A stretch of 64,000 nucleotides of DNA. It comes from Hydrolagus colliei. Lineage: Eukaryota. The stretch lies in the NCBI GenBank assembly GCA_035084275.1, contig CM068761.1:744001-808000 (forward strand), given 5' to 3'. Shown one piece after another: positions 38,931 through 50,760 of this stretch. Made by a program: the position numbers and the translations under genes. The number at the start of each line of letters is the position of its first letter. The stretch's first letter is position 1. Under the pieces are notes generated by a model. The model did no database searches. It worked only from the letters and a program-made list of their open reading frames with translations, and had not been told where the DNA came from.

Positions 38931-40030
38931 TTGCGCTGTTGCTGTTGCCACTTGTGAGGGAGTGGGTTTCCAGGGGATTGAATTACATCAGGGCAGGATT
39001 TACGTGAATCGAAAATGGGCCTCCGCTTGAAAGTGAACAAAACTTTGGAGGAACAATCGTGTTCGTGCTAATGGCACTTTAAACGCTGGTTAGTGGAGGT
39101 GAGGTGCACTCTCTCTCCCCACCCCCCCCGGCCCCCACAACAGGAGCAATGGAGAGCTTGAAATGGAATTGCAGCTTTCCCCTCTGTACAGTGGTGCTGC
39201 TGCTGGAAGCAGTGTTATAAATGTTGTGTTGTTTTCACCAGTTCAAACGAGGCAAAACAAAAACCTGTTGTGTTGATTAATTGCCTTGAAGATGGTGCTA
39301 AATCAACCGAAGTTGGTGTTTCACATTAACGCTTTAAACACAGAAAGTTTTTTTTTTTAGCTTTTTCCGTGGACAGGCAACACTATTTTTTAATAGCTTT
39401 TCCTTTTTCTCAGTGTTTCTCAATCCAAGATCATTTGGAGTTGGCTACAATGTTAGATGTCTAATGAGCCTGTTACATTTCACACTAATCCTGCGTTTCA
39501 CTTGGAATTGAGGGTTAAACACATTCTCCAAATGGATCGCAGATGTCAAGCCAGGAAGTGAGGGCTAGGTTTTTTTTCTTTTATATTTCACAAAGGAAAA
39601 TGTAGTTACACCAAAGTCTGTATTTCATATTGTTACATTTCAGGTGCTCACAGTTCAGCCAGGAGCAATTGCAAACATAGTGAAGCAACTAAAATCTGAT
39701 TTATATTAATTGTAGATAGTTTTGATGGAATGAAGTGTTAGTTTCTGCTGTGAAACAAACCCATTGGGAACCATTCATAATTATAATATTTTCAAACGAC
39801 CACAAGAAAGGTTTGATCTCAGCCTTCACAAGTGATTTCTTAAATGAGTCCAGTGTCCAGTGAATTCCGGCTTCAACCATTTCCCCTCTTGAGAGGTTTC
39901 CGTACAGGACTGAAGTTACCTCCTACACGAGGAATGATCTCATTCCACTCCTTAATATTTGTCGCTTGATGGGCAGCCTTGACACTGACGCATTTGGAAA
40001 CCTATCACTAAACCAGACATAGTGATACAG

Positions 40031-40248
40031 ACAACAACAACAACAACAAATTACACTTATAAAGCGCCTTTCACGTCGGGAGGACGATGCAAGGCGCTGC
40101 ACAGGAGGCATGTGACCCGAGCTGGGAGGGGAGTGTACGGGAAGGGGTGAAACAAGTAGGGGAGGTCGAAGAATTCGGGGTGGAACAAAAGGCACGGTCA
40201 AAGAGGAAAGTCTTCAAACCGGCCTTGAAAGAGGAAAGGGAAGAAACA
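40031..40248 (-). mobile_element. Young 5'-truncated L2 3' end (copy A)
   Basis: (CAA)n tail; minus-strand SSLSSFKAGLKTFLFDRAF; about 5 mismatches to copy B over the ~165-bp shared body. Confidence 0.85.
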
Positions 40249-41549
40249 AGATGGATTTCCGTGTAGACATGCAACCTACACACGGAAATTTCCTTTGTGG
40301 CTAGAATTGAGTGTTGCTCTTCCTCTGGAATTAAGTAGGCAAGTGCAAGAAGCTGAGACCAACAGCAGAGGCTGAGAACTGAGAGGGAATTCAGCACAGA
40401 CCGGGGATTGAACCTGGTCTGTATGGTTCAGCTGCCAACTCAACAGGCAGTGAGGCTCCTACAAACATGAGATTGAACAGACATCCTTATTGAGCTTCAC
40501 TGTGCTTTCTCTGTGCCTTGTTTTGGAGATAGTCCATAGGTTGAATGTTGATTCACCTGAACTACTGAAGACTGAGCTGTACTAGTTAGAAAATAGTTTT
40601 TTTTTTCTTTTAAATTTACGGATACAATTGGCCTTGTTCTGAAATTGCATTTGAAACTGTCCTGGAGGCATTTGGAATTGAGAGATTTTATATTGTGTTG
40701 TAATTGTGAAATCATCCTTCAATGGTTTGTTTTGTGTTTAAGGCCTGTGGTCTATCACACATTGACATATGTACGGACTCCCAAGTCTGCCACAGGCAAT
40801 CTGAGTATCTCTATTATGTTCAGGGGACTTTTATCCTAGTAACAAGCAAAATGCTTAAATTCGTGTTTAATAGGCATATCGGATTATCATATCACCATAC
40901 AGGTGGAAGCAGGAAAACATGTATATCTCTTAAACTCTTTGTAAGCATTGCTTTCTGCGTTGACGTATAGTTTGTGAGGTACTTAATGCCAAAGGGTACA
41001 GGTAGATTTATAGGTTACACCCCGTTCTCTGAATGTGAATAATTTGAATTTACCTTAATGTGCTTACCTGGAACTTTACAGTCTTACCCACCGTAATTCT
41101 CTTGTGAAAGAAGCTTCAATTGCAAATTAATCTTGAAATGCTGACTGGATGGAACCATTGTTTCCGCTGTTCATTAGAGAAACCTGAAACCTACAATTCC
41201 TCCGCAACCCCGTGGTTGTGATTTTAGGAATTTTGAATGGGACGGGGGGGAATAAAACATATTCCATAAAAATTATAGAAAATAAATTTCCACTGCCCTT
41301 CCCCTGCCTTCAGATTTCTTCTCTGCCTTGTTTTTAATGCTGGAAGGAGGGAGCTGTGCTGGAGTGGGCGTCCTGGGAAAGGAGGTGGGTTCAGGGGGAT
41401 AGGGCAGGTTATGACGAGGGTGTGTGGGAGCTGTGTCAACTGGTTATCAGGCTACCACAGCAGAACCTGGCAAAACTGTAAATTATGTTCCTATCAGAAA
41501 CACACACCACATCTACTTAATCTTGGCTTGCAGAGATGGTAGAAGATGT

Positions 41550-42090
41550 GCAGAACATACAACTTACATTTAGCTGGAAAATAATTCATACTGTCCCTGT
41601 CCCAGGGCGCTGGACAGTCGGGTGGGGGGATCTTTGGATCAGAGTTGGGATCAGGAGAGATAGAGGACAATTGCTTCTCCTTCAAACCCAGTTTGTGGAG
41701 CAAGCACTTCAATATTGTTTGGAAATGCATTGATAGGGGTGGGAGGAGAGGTTGAAACCTGAAAGCACGGTTGAAGAGGAAGCTGTTTGGACAGGACTTC
41801 AAAGAGGCAAGAGAGGGTTGAGGTGGAGGGATTGCAGGATAGCGTTCCAGGGTGTGGGAGCGGAGATGCTGAATGTCTAACCACCAATGGTGGGACAGTA
41901 AGTACCGGGGACCTGAAGCAGGCAGAGGGAGCGGACAGGCTAATATGGGGTTACATGGTCGGAGAGGTGGGGGGAGCTAGACCGTGAAGAGCTTTGAAGT
42001 TTCAGATCGAGGGTTTTGTACTGGATTCTCTGAGGGACGGGGAGCCAGTGAAGCCGGGCAAGAACGCGGGTGATAGGTTCGCGGTTCTGA
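41550..42090 (-). mobile_element. L2 LINE 3' fragment with 3' UTR
   Basis: Minus strand ITRVLARLHWLPVPQRIQYK ... TIGG..FSISAPTPWNA; decayed tail near 41557-41575. Confidence 0.8.
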
Positions 42091-45000
42091 AGAGCAATGT
42101 CTTAATCAATGTGTCTTTCTCATCCAAATTCACTAAATACCTACAGTAATTGGTTGTTCATCTCTCTGCTGGATCCTCAACGTTGCTACTGATTGGCTGA
42201 CAGGCATGCCTGCACAATACATTATTGTATTTCAAAATCCTGTACCTCATTTTGTGAAGTGCTTTGAGATATCGTGATGCAGGAGGCTGTAAGAAACATA
42301 ATTGTTAATTTTTGTAGGGAAAGGTGCATTTTCCACGTATTTTGCTGTACCTTGGGGTGTAGCCTCACTCAGAGAACGAGGAGGTTAAGGTATTGAGACG
42401 TCTGCAACTCTCCAGCTGGTTGATGACGTGCACAAGAGAGAAACAAATGGAGGTTTTCTCTAAATTCGTTTGTTTACTCTGCGACTTGCCTTTCCGTCTG
42501 ATGACCTGGATCCAGGCTCTCTCACCCTACACCAACTGCCTGATCAACACCCAAAACCTTATGTCATTCTGTGTGGCTCACTGTCACACCAGGAACCCTA
42601 CTTTTATCCCCATGTGCCATCAATGCATTTTCCCAAACAATATTGAAGTGCTCACTAGACAAACTGTTGGAAGTGAGATGCAACTTGAAATAAAGCGTTG
42701 GTTTATGGCAGATCCACTCTCCTTCATCACATTGCCAGTAAATACACGTGTTTAGCGCATGCTCCAAGGAACCTCCACACTCGCTCCGCACTGTCGTACC
42801 CCTCACCCGCTTCCATCTCCAGGCTAATGTGTTTTGAACCACAGTAATATATTCCACTAACAGAATTGTCTACAATCAATTCGAAGTGTTTTTTTGTGAG
42901 ATGTGGGATGTCCTCTGGGCCTGTACATTTCTCTAATTCTACTTTATAATATTTTCAGATGTCATTTGGTACAAAAGATGTGCGAATTTCAAAAGCTGAA
43001 AAGGCCTTCAGTACTCACAGGGTTAACCCTCCAACCAAACAAGTGAATATACTTTTTTTTTGTTTGTTTTCTGACTGTGTAGGACATTTAACCTTTGAGG
43101 ACATTTGGAACAATGTTTAAGATAAGTTAAGCAGTGTTTCGATTTGCTCAGCTTACACAACAGCACCCTGAGAAATCTACAGTTCAATCATTTGGGAAAC
43201 GGTGCAGTGTTTGATTGTGCATATTGAAAAGCTGCCAAACAACTATTCTATTGTGGCCAGAAGGTTGTTGCACACTGCTCATGCACTGCACTATTTATTT
43301 GCTTGCCCACCTTTTTACTATCGCTGATTGAAATAAATGTAACCGAGTTTCAACTGATTATTATATAAGTGCCCTGAGACGCTGCCCTGCGTGGAAGGCG
43401 TTCTGTAAGTGCCAAGTTGTTGTTATTATTGTCGAGTTTCCTTTCCTAAATGTGCTTGAAAATGCTTTTATTATTACCAGTGCTGTCAAAAAGGTGCTTG
43501 AGACCATCACGCAGATTTTATGCCATGAAGCGTCAGAGGTTAAGCCTATATTTAAGGAGTGTGGCTAATTCCAGCCAAACCCCTCCCCCCAAAAAAACAA
43601 GCAAACACTTATGATATTAAAACTGCCTTTGGTTGTTGAGATAAAAGTCATCTAACCACATGAACAGCCCTAAAGATACGGTCGCTCTTTGGGGAGGGGA
43701 GAAATAAAACAGGGGTAATGTTAATTTTTTTTCCATCCCCTTGGTGTTCATAGACAAGCAAGCTTTTCTCTTCTGATGAAACGTGGCTCTGTTTGGGTCT
43801 GGGAGTGTATTGTCACATGCTTTGTGCAACTTTCAAGGCCCAATATCAGCACACAAAACCAACAGTGTGAGCTTCCAAAATGAGATTTTCTTATCGTTTC
43901 TTTCACTGTGGGGGTAATTGGAACTTAGCAGCATATTAAGAGGCTGATAAGTGACATTTGTATTTTGTTGTTTTGACCTGAGGGAAGCGGGAACGTTTTT
44001 GCCTCATCTTTTATTTGTCCTACTAATCCCTTTGATGTTTCTGCTGCTCCAAGAGTTCTGTATAGAGCCGAGCACAATGGTTAAAAGGGTTTTTGCTGTT
44101 TCTTGACCCGTCATCTTAAGAACTTGCCATTTTTTAGTCAATTGAATGGATCTCCTTCATTATCATTTAAATGAGCCCTGTATCCCTCCAAATGCTGCAA
44201 TTTGAATGTGGTTGTAAAGCTGTGATAATTTGAAATATTCATTCCCTCAAGGGTAACATTTCAGAGGCACTGAATGCCATTGTTGCACATTCTCATATTT
44301 TTCTGGGTGAGATGGGAAAATAGGCTGGTAATTGTCTGCTAGCCGCTGGAATGGGTGCCCTGGTTAGCCCAGACATTGCCTCTAATTGTCATGGGGGGGG
44401 GGGAGCTTGCCTGATGAATCACGGTGTATGCGAACAGCAGTCGGGGCCAAATTGAGTGATATAGCCAGAGCTCTGTGCAAATTGGCAATTATTAGCACAG
44501 CAGAAAGGCTGGCAGGTGTGGAATGCCTTGCGAGCTTTTGATTGAAATAGGAAATAGCAAAATTTCTGTGATGAAGGCTATCTGATTAGAGCTGATGAAG
44601 CAGGTATTGGCTGCTGTGCTCGGGAACCTGACTGGAGTGGAGGTGCAGCCATTATTGGAATATTTGATTAAATTCTGATTACAGCACTGGTCGATTATTA
44701 ATTTCATACCTGAATACTCTTTCAGCTACCACAGGTTCTCTAAAGAGCCAATGATTAGTATCTACCTTAGAATAGAAATGTTTCCACAATAGCGATTGCA
44801 GTGTTTTTTGTCTAATTTAGAGTATATTTCGAGCAGCAATTTGTCATCAAACATATGCTCGATGCCCCCCTGGATTTAAAAATTGCCAGTTTATTTTGCT
44901 GGTCACGTGCAGGGGAGGTCATGGGATTGAAAGGGTGGCATGTTACACTAATGGGATTTGTTAGAGTGCTAATGGTATATCACACACGTTCCTCCTTCAA

Positions 45001-45425
45001 CTTCCAAATCTCATGATTTTTTTTCCCTTCCTAAAAATTAGAATTTTAAATCTTGCTCGGTTTCTTGCTGTGTCAGGGCTCCCCACTTTTAATATTTTTT
45101 TATACTTGAGGACAGGCTTACAGCGATTCAAATGAGACAAACCAGAGTCACCTCTGGGACACTGTAGTACCTACACAGTAATGAATCATCCCAGGTAAAA
45201 CAGGATGGCTGCAAAAAATGAGTCGTGTTGTTTGAAGCACATTGGGTCGCAATGCACACAGGAAAGTAGGAGTTTTTCTTTTACTTCATTGGGCAGACAG
45301 ACACTGAGAGATTGACGATGTGATTTCTGTCAGTCTCTTGAAGTGGTTTTCAGAACTGAAATGTGGAAGCCCCCCAATATTAACTCATGATCACCCCCCA
45401 CCCCTTCTGTCCCCTGTCCTCCGTG

Positions 45426-45451
45426 CCCCCCCCCCCCCCCCCCCCCCCTCC
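45426..45451. repeat. Poly-C tract
   Basis: Directly visible, ~280 bp upstream of exon 4. Confidence 0.9.
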
Positions 45452-45729
45452 AAAATGAAAATAGCACTCCCACTAATAACATTTAATTAGGATTGGTCAA
45501 ACCCTGAAATGAACTGGCTCGATGAGAATATGGAACAAAGGATATTGTTAAATGTTTGAGCCAAGTCTGTCACCAAGTCAGGTGGAGCTGGCAATAATAG
45601 CTCAGCCCCCGCTGCCTGCCTGCCTGCCTGCCCTCCCAGTGCTGGGTACTGTGACTGGTGTTGTAATTGTCTGGCCGTTCAATGCTGACTCTAACCTGTG
45701 TTTTTTTTTCCGCTTCTCTTTCTCCCCAG

Positions 45730-45765
45730 AGTTCTGCACATTCATTTTCAGGACGAGGATACTCT
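45730..45765 (+). CDS. FBRSL1: Internal 36-nt coding exon (exon-4 equivalent), SSAHSFSGRGYS, phase 0/0
   Basis: Branch-like CTCTAAC (45689-45695), long pyrimidine tract ttttttttttccgcttctctttctccccAG, donor TCT|GTAAGT. Peptide matches recalled FBRSL1 SSAHAVSGRGYS much better than AUTS2 SSAPSSLGTGYF. Confidence 0.92.
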
Positions 45766-46689
45766 GTAAGTCTTTGTAAATCTTTGAATATTACAGTCCA
45801 GCTCTCCGGAGTATCGGTGTTCTGTTTCCGAGCTAATTGCAGCATTTCAGCACACACACACGCGTCACAGCCACTTAGACAAAGTAATAAATTGCAAAAA
45901 TAGGCTTCTAGCATGGGACTTCATTACATTCCTAGTAAAGGTAACATTAGATCCTGCTTAGTTTACGATACTCCTTTGATCTCAGGAAAGAAAGGGATAA
46001 ACTATTAAGGGCAGGATTTTAATTGTTTTCAGTCCCCTTTCGAACCCAAACATAGTTTTAGCTCTCAGCGATAGTTGCAGTTTTGCTTAATTACCAAATT
46101 GATGGCACCACACGCAATAAAGTTTGTAGAGTTTGCACACGTTTGTAAGGTCAAACTTTCATGCAAATCCTATTTTAAAACAACTCGCTTTCATGTCATG
46201 CCCTTCACGCCGGATGGCGTCTCGAATGCGCTTTACACTGAAGTCAATGGTTTGTCCTCCCCACCTGCTTCCAGGGCCTCCTGGGTGTCAGAGTCCTAGT
46301 CGGGTTAGTTCATGCGCCATGTGCCTCCTTCCAAGTTCCATATCTCCTGATTGTTCTGTTCCTAAAACATTTTTATTTTGAGATTTGTTGTTGTTTCTCC
46401 GCTCCGTCTCCCCCCCCACCCCCGTCTCAGTGTCAGACTCCACCATTGTCAAGCCTTCTGGGATGCGAACTGGGATGCGTCAACAACATAAATAAATGCA
46501 TGTGTAATTCTAGCCACACCCCCATACCCATTACCATAATAGTTTTACCCAACCTTTAGCTAAAGATCTTTTCTCTCTCTTTTTCATTCAATTAGCCATG
46601 CAAGTTCCCATCTGCATGTTCTGTGGTTAAGGTGTACATTTTAGCAACACTTCAATACACACAACACAAAAATTGGGAATCATATATAG

Positions 46690-46792
46690 TAATAATCGTT
46701 GCATTTGATGTAGCGCTTTTCACATCTTATTGACGTCCCAAAGCACTTCACAGAATATAATATAAAGTGAATTGACTGTATATTTGTGGGCG
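46690..46792 (-). mobile_element. SINE 3' tail fragment
   Basis: aataatcgttgcatttgatgtagcgcttttcacatc..gacgtcccaaagcacttcacagaatataa..aattgactgtatatttgtgggc. Confidence 0.65.
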
Positions 46793-47824
46793 AGAGACAA
46801 TCATAGTATCTTCAGTGTATTGTGTCAGCCAAATAAGGCTTGGCTGGTGTACACTGGCTGGGTGTGTGGCACCTGAGATCAAGCATGTTTATCTTCCCAT
46901 CAATCCTGCATTTGAGACCACAATATAAAGGATTTTTACATTTCCATTAGTTTCTTTCTTAGACAAATACAATGTTGGTAATGTATTTCACACTGCCAGA
47001 ACATGTTGTAGAATTGAGAGGCCAGTATTGTTCTTTAACTGTGTGATTTGCAGCTTGTGTCCTCCTCACAATTCAGGTAAGTTCAAATGAGAGGAGTGGA
47101 GAACAGAATGACCCAATGCAAACTCTCCACACACAAGAGGAATGGTTCATGATTACTGACCAAAGACTATTCACTAAATAACCTTGCGTGTTTAAGTTGT
47201 CAACTGTTTTTCTAAAAGACCTGGTTTCATATTCTGCATTGTTTCTGTATATCATGAAGTAATAACTCATTGTGTATTGCATTGCTTTCAACATTCAACA
47301 TTCAGCTGGTAGACAGGTATAAACGGAATAAAACAAATGTATTTAATTTTATGTAACTTTTTAAACTAACATTATTGATTTCAACAGGAACAGTGCAATA
47401 TATAGTGATACACAGAGGCTGGAGATATTAGATATCTGTTTAACAGAAGGTAACTGTACAGTAGAGCAGTTTGTCCAACCTTAATTTTTAAAGCCAAGGT
47501 TTGTTCTCACAGGCAGTATCTTCCAGGCCTTGATCTCTGCTCAGTGGAGCCAAGATTGCCCTTCCTGAAGCAGCGTTGCTGTCAGAGGGAAGTCAGTCTG
47601 GAAGTGTGGCTTTTCAGGAGCTGTGACTTGTGTAAATGTTGAGGTTTGCTATCTTCTGGCCTCAGCAGTTTCCAGCAGGTCCTGAAAAACCTTTTGCTGC
47701 AACACGGCAGCCAAGTCCTTGTTTTAATGTTTCCAGGCTGACATTAATGGATCACATTACTGCCTGACATTGGAGTCTGAGGTCGGTGACACTCACTGCG
47801 AAATGAGAGATGTTGCTTATACAG

Positions 47825-47949
47825 TACAAAAACACAAAGTGACATTTGCCTTTGACATCATGAGGACGTCCCAAGGCGCTGAACAGTCAGGGTTTAGGAG
47901 TTCTGGAGGATCTACAGCTTGTGGAGGGGAGAGCTGGGACGACTGACAA
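47825..47949 (-). mobile_element. L2 LINE relic, downstream part (RT piece fused to 3' tail), left flank of the TIR element
   Basis: Minus strand reads ..SRPSSPLHKL*ILQNS (L2 GLPxSxLHKLQxIQNS), then the gcgccttgggacgtcc tail motif. Confidence 0.7.
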
Positions 47950-48811
47950 CAGGGCCGTACGCAGGATTTTTTTTGGGGGGGTGCGAATTGCTAGTGATGG
48001 GACCAACAATGGCCGGGGGCTTGGGGGCTGCCCCCGAGGCCCCCTCGAGGCTCCGACGTTTTACACAGTTTGAGGTCTTATTTAATCGGTTCAGAAGATC
48101 CAATATGAACGGTAAATGTTTCATGCCCTTGGTGTTTAAGAGCATCATTATTTATTCAGTGTTTATATTTTCCCCGGTAGTCCGTGTCTAATTGGGAAGG
48201 TCGAATGTGTTCGCCGATAAAAGCCAACACGATTGTTGACTCGATGATGTAAGGAATGCGAACGATAAAGTAAATTACAATCCAATTAACACAGTACAAT
48301 GACGAATGCTTGATAAATGTATGCGTATAGAGAAAATGATCATAAACTACAGATTGACGGTAATTAATAAGTTGTTCTGCATTGTTATCCTAAGACTAAA
48401 TTTCTTTCGGACTGTAATGAACAATAATGTAAGCGTAAAGTATGAATTATGTGCTCAGATATTCCAGCAAAGCAAATTTTATAAAAGACAAGAAAATATA
48501 CAGAAACTGAAAATCAGTGTAAAACAGTTAATTCACACGTGTTACAAGCCTGTTATCAGCATTATCCTGAAAATATCGTTGAACTGTGAGCAATAGTGTA
48601 GTTAGTTTTTATTTATTTATTTAGAATCACAATTAAAGGAAGTGACCCATCAAGCAATACTGATCTGACGAAAAAATACTTGAAAAAATAAGGGAGGGGA
48701 AATTAATTATTTAATAGCGTTCGGTATTCGAGACGCCTCGGTCGCTTTGAAGCCAATACGTCAACCGCTCTACCAATATCGATTTCCATATTATAATGAA
48801 TGTGCATTAAC

Positions 48812-49126
48812 GCGAGGGCTGAAAGTCGCTCCTATACGGAGCAGAATGCTGGACACTTAGGCAAACCCAGGAGATTAGGTGACTCGTGAGGTATATACCA
48901 GGCTTCTAAGAGACGCCCTGAACGTTTACTGGCGACAGCATCTGACAAATAGTGAGCTATATGGTACACCACCACACTGGTATCACAGACATTACTGCAG
49001 AGGCGTCTTAGGTTTAGCGGACATAGCTGGAGAAGCCGGGAGGAAACTGTCCATAGTGCTACTATCCTATGGGAACCATTGCACGGTCACAGAACACGAG
49101 GTAGACCGACCCTAACCTACCTCGCT
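48812..49126 (+). mobile_element. RTE-clade non-LTR retrotransposon fragment (RT C-terminal region), frameshifted, inside the TIR element
   Basis: Translated pieces LLYGAECWTL, YTRLLRDALNVYWRQHLTNSELYG and VSQTLLQRRLRFSGHSWRSREETVHSATILWEPLHGHRTRGRPTLTYL are typical RTE ORF C-terminal motifs. Confidence 0.85.
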
Positions 49127-49489
49127 ACATGAAATGCACGGATTATATTATTATTCAAAGAGAGAAAGAGTGACTTTCAGAGGAGTCACGTTGAAGAGAT
49201 TTGTGTAGGAAGAGCTGTTGCTTTGCAGACTCGACTGCACCTGTCCTTTATATCCCGCTGGTGTGAGGCAGCAGTTCTGGGGACCTCAACTCTAACAGGT
49301 GCAGGTTAACAATCCTTTAAGTTATAGCCAATTACGTGACACTGCCCACAAACCCTGAAAATAAATCTCAGTTGTCAATCAGTCAGATATGCAACCTCGA
49401 CCTTGGGAATGTCTTCAGATTCAGAGGCACTGAGTAGGAGGGAAAGAAAGTTTCCCACAGGTGATAGAAGACAGCAGCATCACCTGGCG

Positions 49490-49885
49490 AGTCGCCTGGC
49501 ACAGTGAATAGCACTCTGGCCTCTGAGTCAGAAAGTTGTGGGTTCAAACCCCACGTCGGCACTCGGTATCACACAGAGGAAGCTGACACTTCAATGTGGT
49601 GCTGGGGGGGGGGGGTCCCATTGTTAGAGGCTGTTCTTTTGGTTGAGATGCTGAACCGAGGTCTGATCCGTCTGTTTAGATGGATGTGAAAAGATCCTCT
49701 GACACTACTCGAAAAGCGGAGGGAAGTCTCTCTCCTGTTGTCCTGGCCAACAAACGCCCCCAAATAAAATCGGTGACTCACTCCATCGGTGTTTGTGGGA
49801 CAATCCTGGGCAAAAACTGGCCACTTTACAGTACGTTCTGTGAAGCCTCTGAGCTGTCTGACAATGTACTAAGGCACTATTATCA
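49490..49885 (+). mobile_element. DeuSINE-type SINE (SacSINE1/AmnSINE1-related), near full length, diverged
   Basis: tRNA-like head (A box tggcacagtgaa, B box ggttcaaacc at 49541). Deu-domain motifs gctgacact..., gagatgctgaaccgaggtc, ggatgtgaaaagatcc..gacacta, tgtcctggccaa, tgtttgtggga. Confidence 0.8.
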
Positions 49886-50588
49886 ATTGCTAACATTATC
49901 AGATTAAAATACGATTTCAGCTTCCACAAAGTGGTGCTACCTTTTTATGTAGTGACTGTATACGGGATGATTTCCGATTGACACACCACGTAGAATAGGC
50001 GCTAAAGCCTAGGTCTACGTCCATGAGTATTTTTTTTAAAGATAGGCATTCCCGTCCAGCATATAACTTTTTTGTTGGGTTCTCAAAAGCTTTAATTTCT
50101 CAGAAGCTTGTAAATATGTTGTCATTGTTTGCTAGCATTACAGTCACACCTCTCAAAACTTGAGCAATTTTTACTTACGGTGATCAGATGAAAAGATGAT
50201 TTTAACTCCAGAATTGGTGCTGTCCCTTGTGGCTGTTTACGGGATGATTTCCAAACGAGGATTTGAGTCTTGGCGCCTATGTTTATCCAATCACGAGTCA
50301 CAGACTCGCCGCGTCATGGACTGGTCTATCGACGCGGTATGTTTTGGGGTAGACGCCGATTCTGGTGCGCGACTCGATAATTTTATATTAATACTAAATC
50401 ATTCAAAGATGTGAGTTTATAATTTATACATAGTTTTGAAGAACTGATTGTTACACAAATGTTCAATAAATTTACTTGGTATTTAAATTTGATAAAAAAA
50501 TGCAATTCTCTACCCCGGAAAATGTGGACCTTTTATAATTTGGGGGGGTGCGTACGCACCCGTCGCACCCCCCCTGCGTACGGCCTTG

Positions 50589-50760
50589 GACAAGCATAGT
50601 CGAGTCTGGTTTTATAATAAAGGCATAGATGAGATTTTGGCGGCCTGAGGGGTGAGGCCATGGCAGAGCAATGTTGTGGAGATGGGGGAGAGCAGAGCGA
50701 GTCATGGCACGGATTTGAGGGAGGAAGGACAGTTGAGGGTTGAACAAGACGCCTAGTAGT
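50589..50760 (-). mobile_element. L2 LINE relic, upstream part (RT domain), right flank of the TIR element
   Basis: Minus strand LGVLFNPQLSFLPQIRAMTRSALPHLHNIA...NLIYAFI..RLDY, matching L2 LGVxFDxxLSFxPHI...FHLRNIA...LIHAFxxSRLDY. Confidence 0.8.

Larger units (their letters stand above)
47950..50588. mobile_element. Non-autonomous TIR DNA transposon, 2639 bp, 5-bp TSD (hAT-like termini, possibly hAT5 type), with internal cargo
   Basis: Left end CAGGGCCGTACGCAGG; right end CCTGCGTACGGCCTTG (16-bp TIR, 1 mismatch). GACAA duplicated at 47945-47949 and 50589-50593. The flanks rejoin into a continuous L2 RT frame. Confidence 0.85.

Noticed and set aside
47950-50588. Transib/RAG-like transposon because of the 5-bp TSD
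   Set aside because: Termini begin CAG/CAA rather than the CAC heptamer-like end, and no RAG1/Transib coding remnant is visible.
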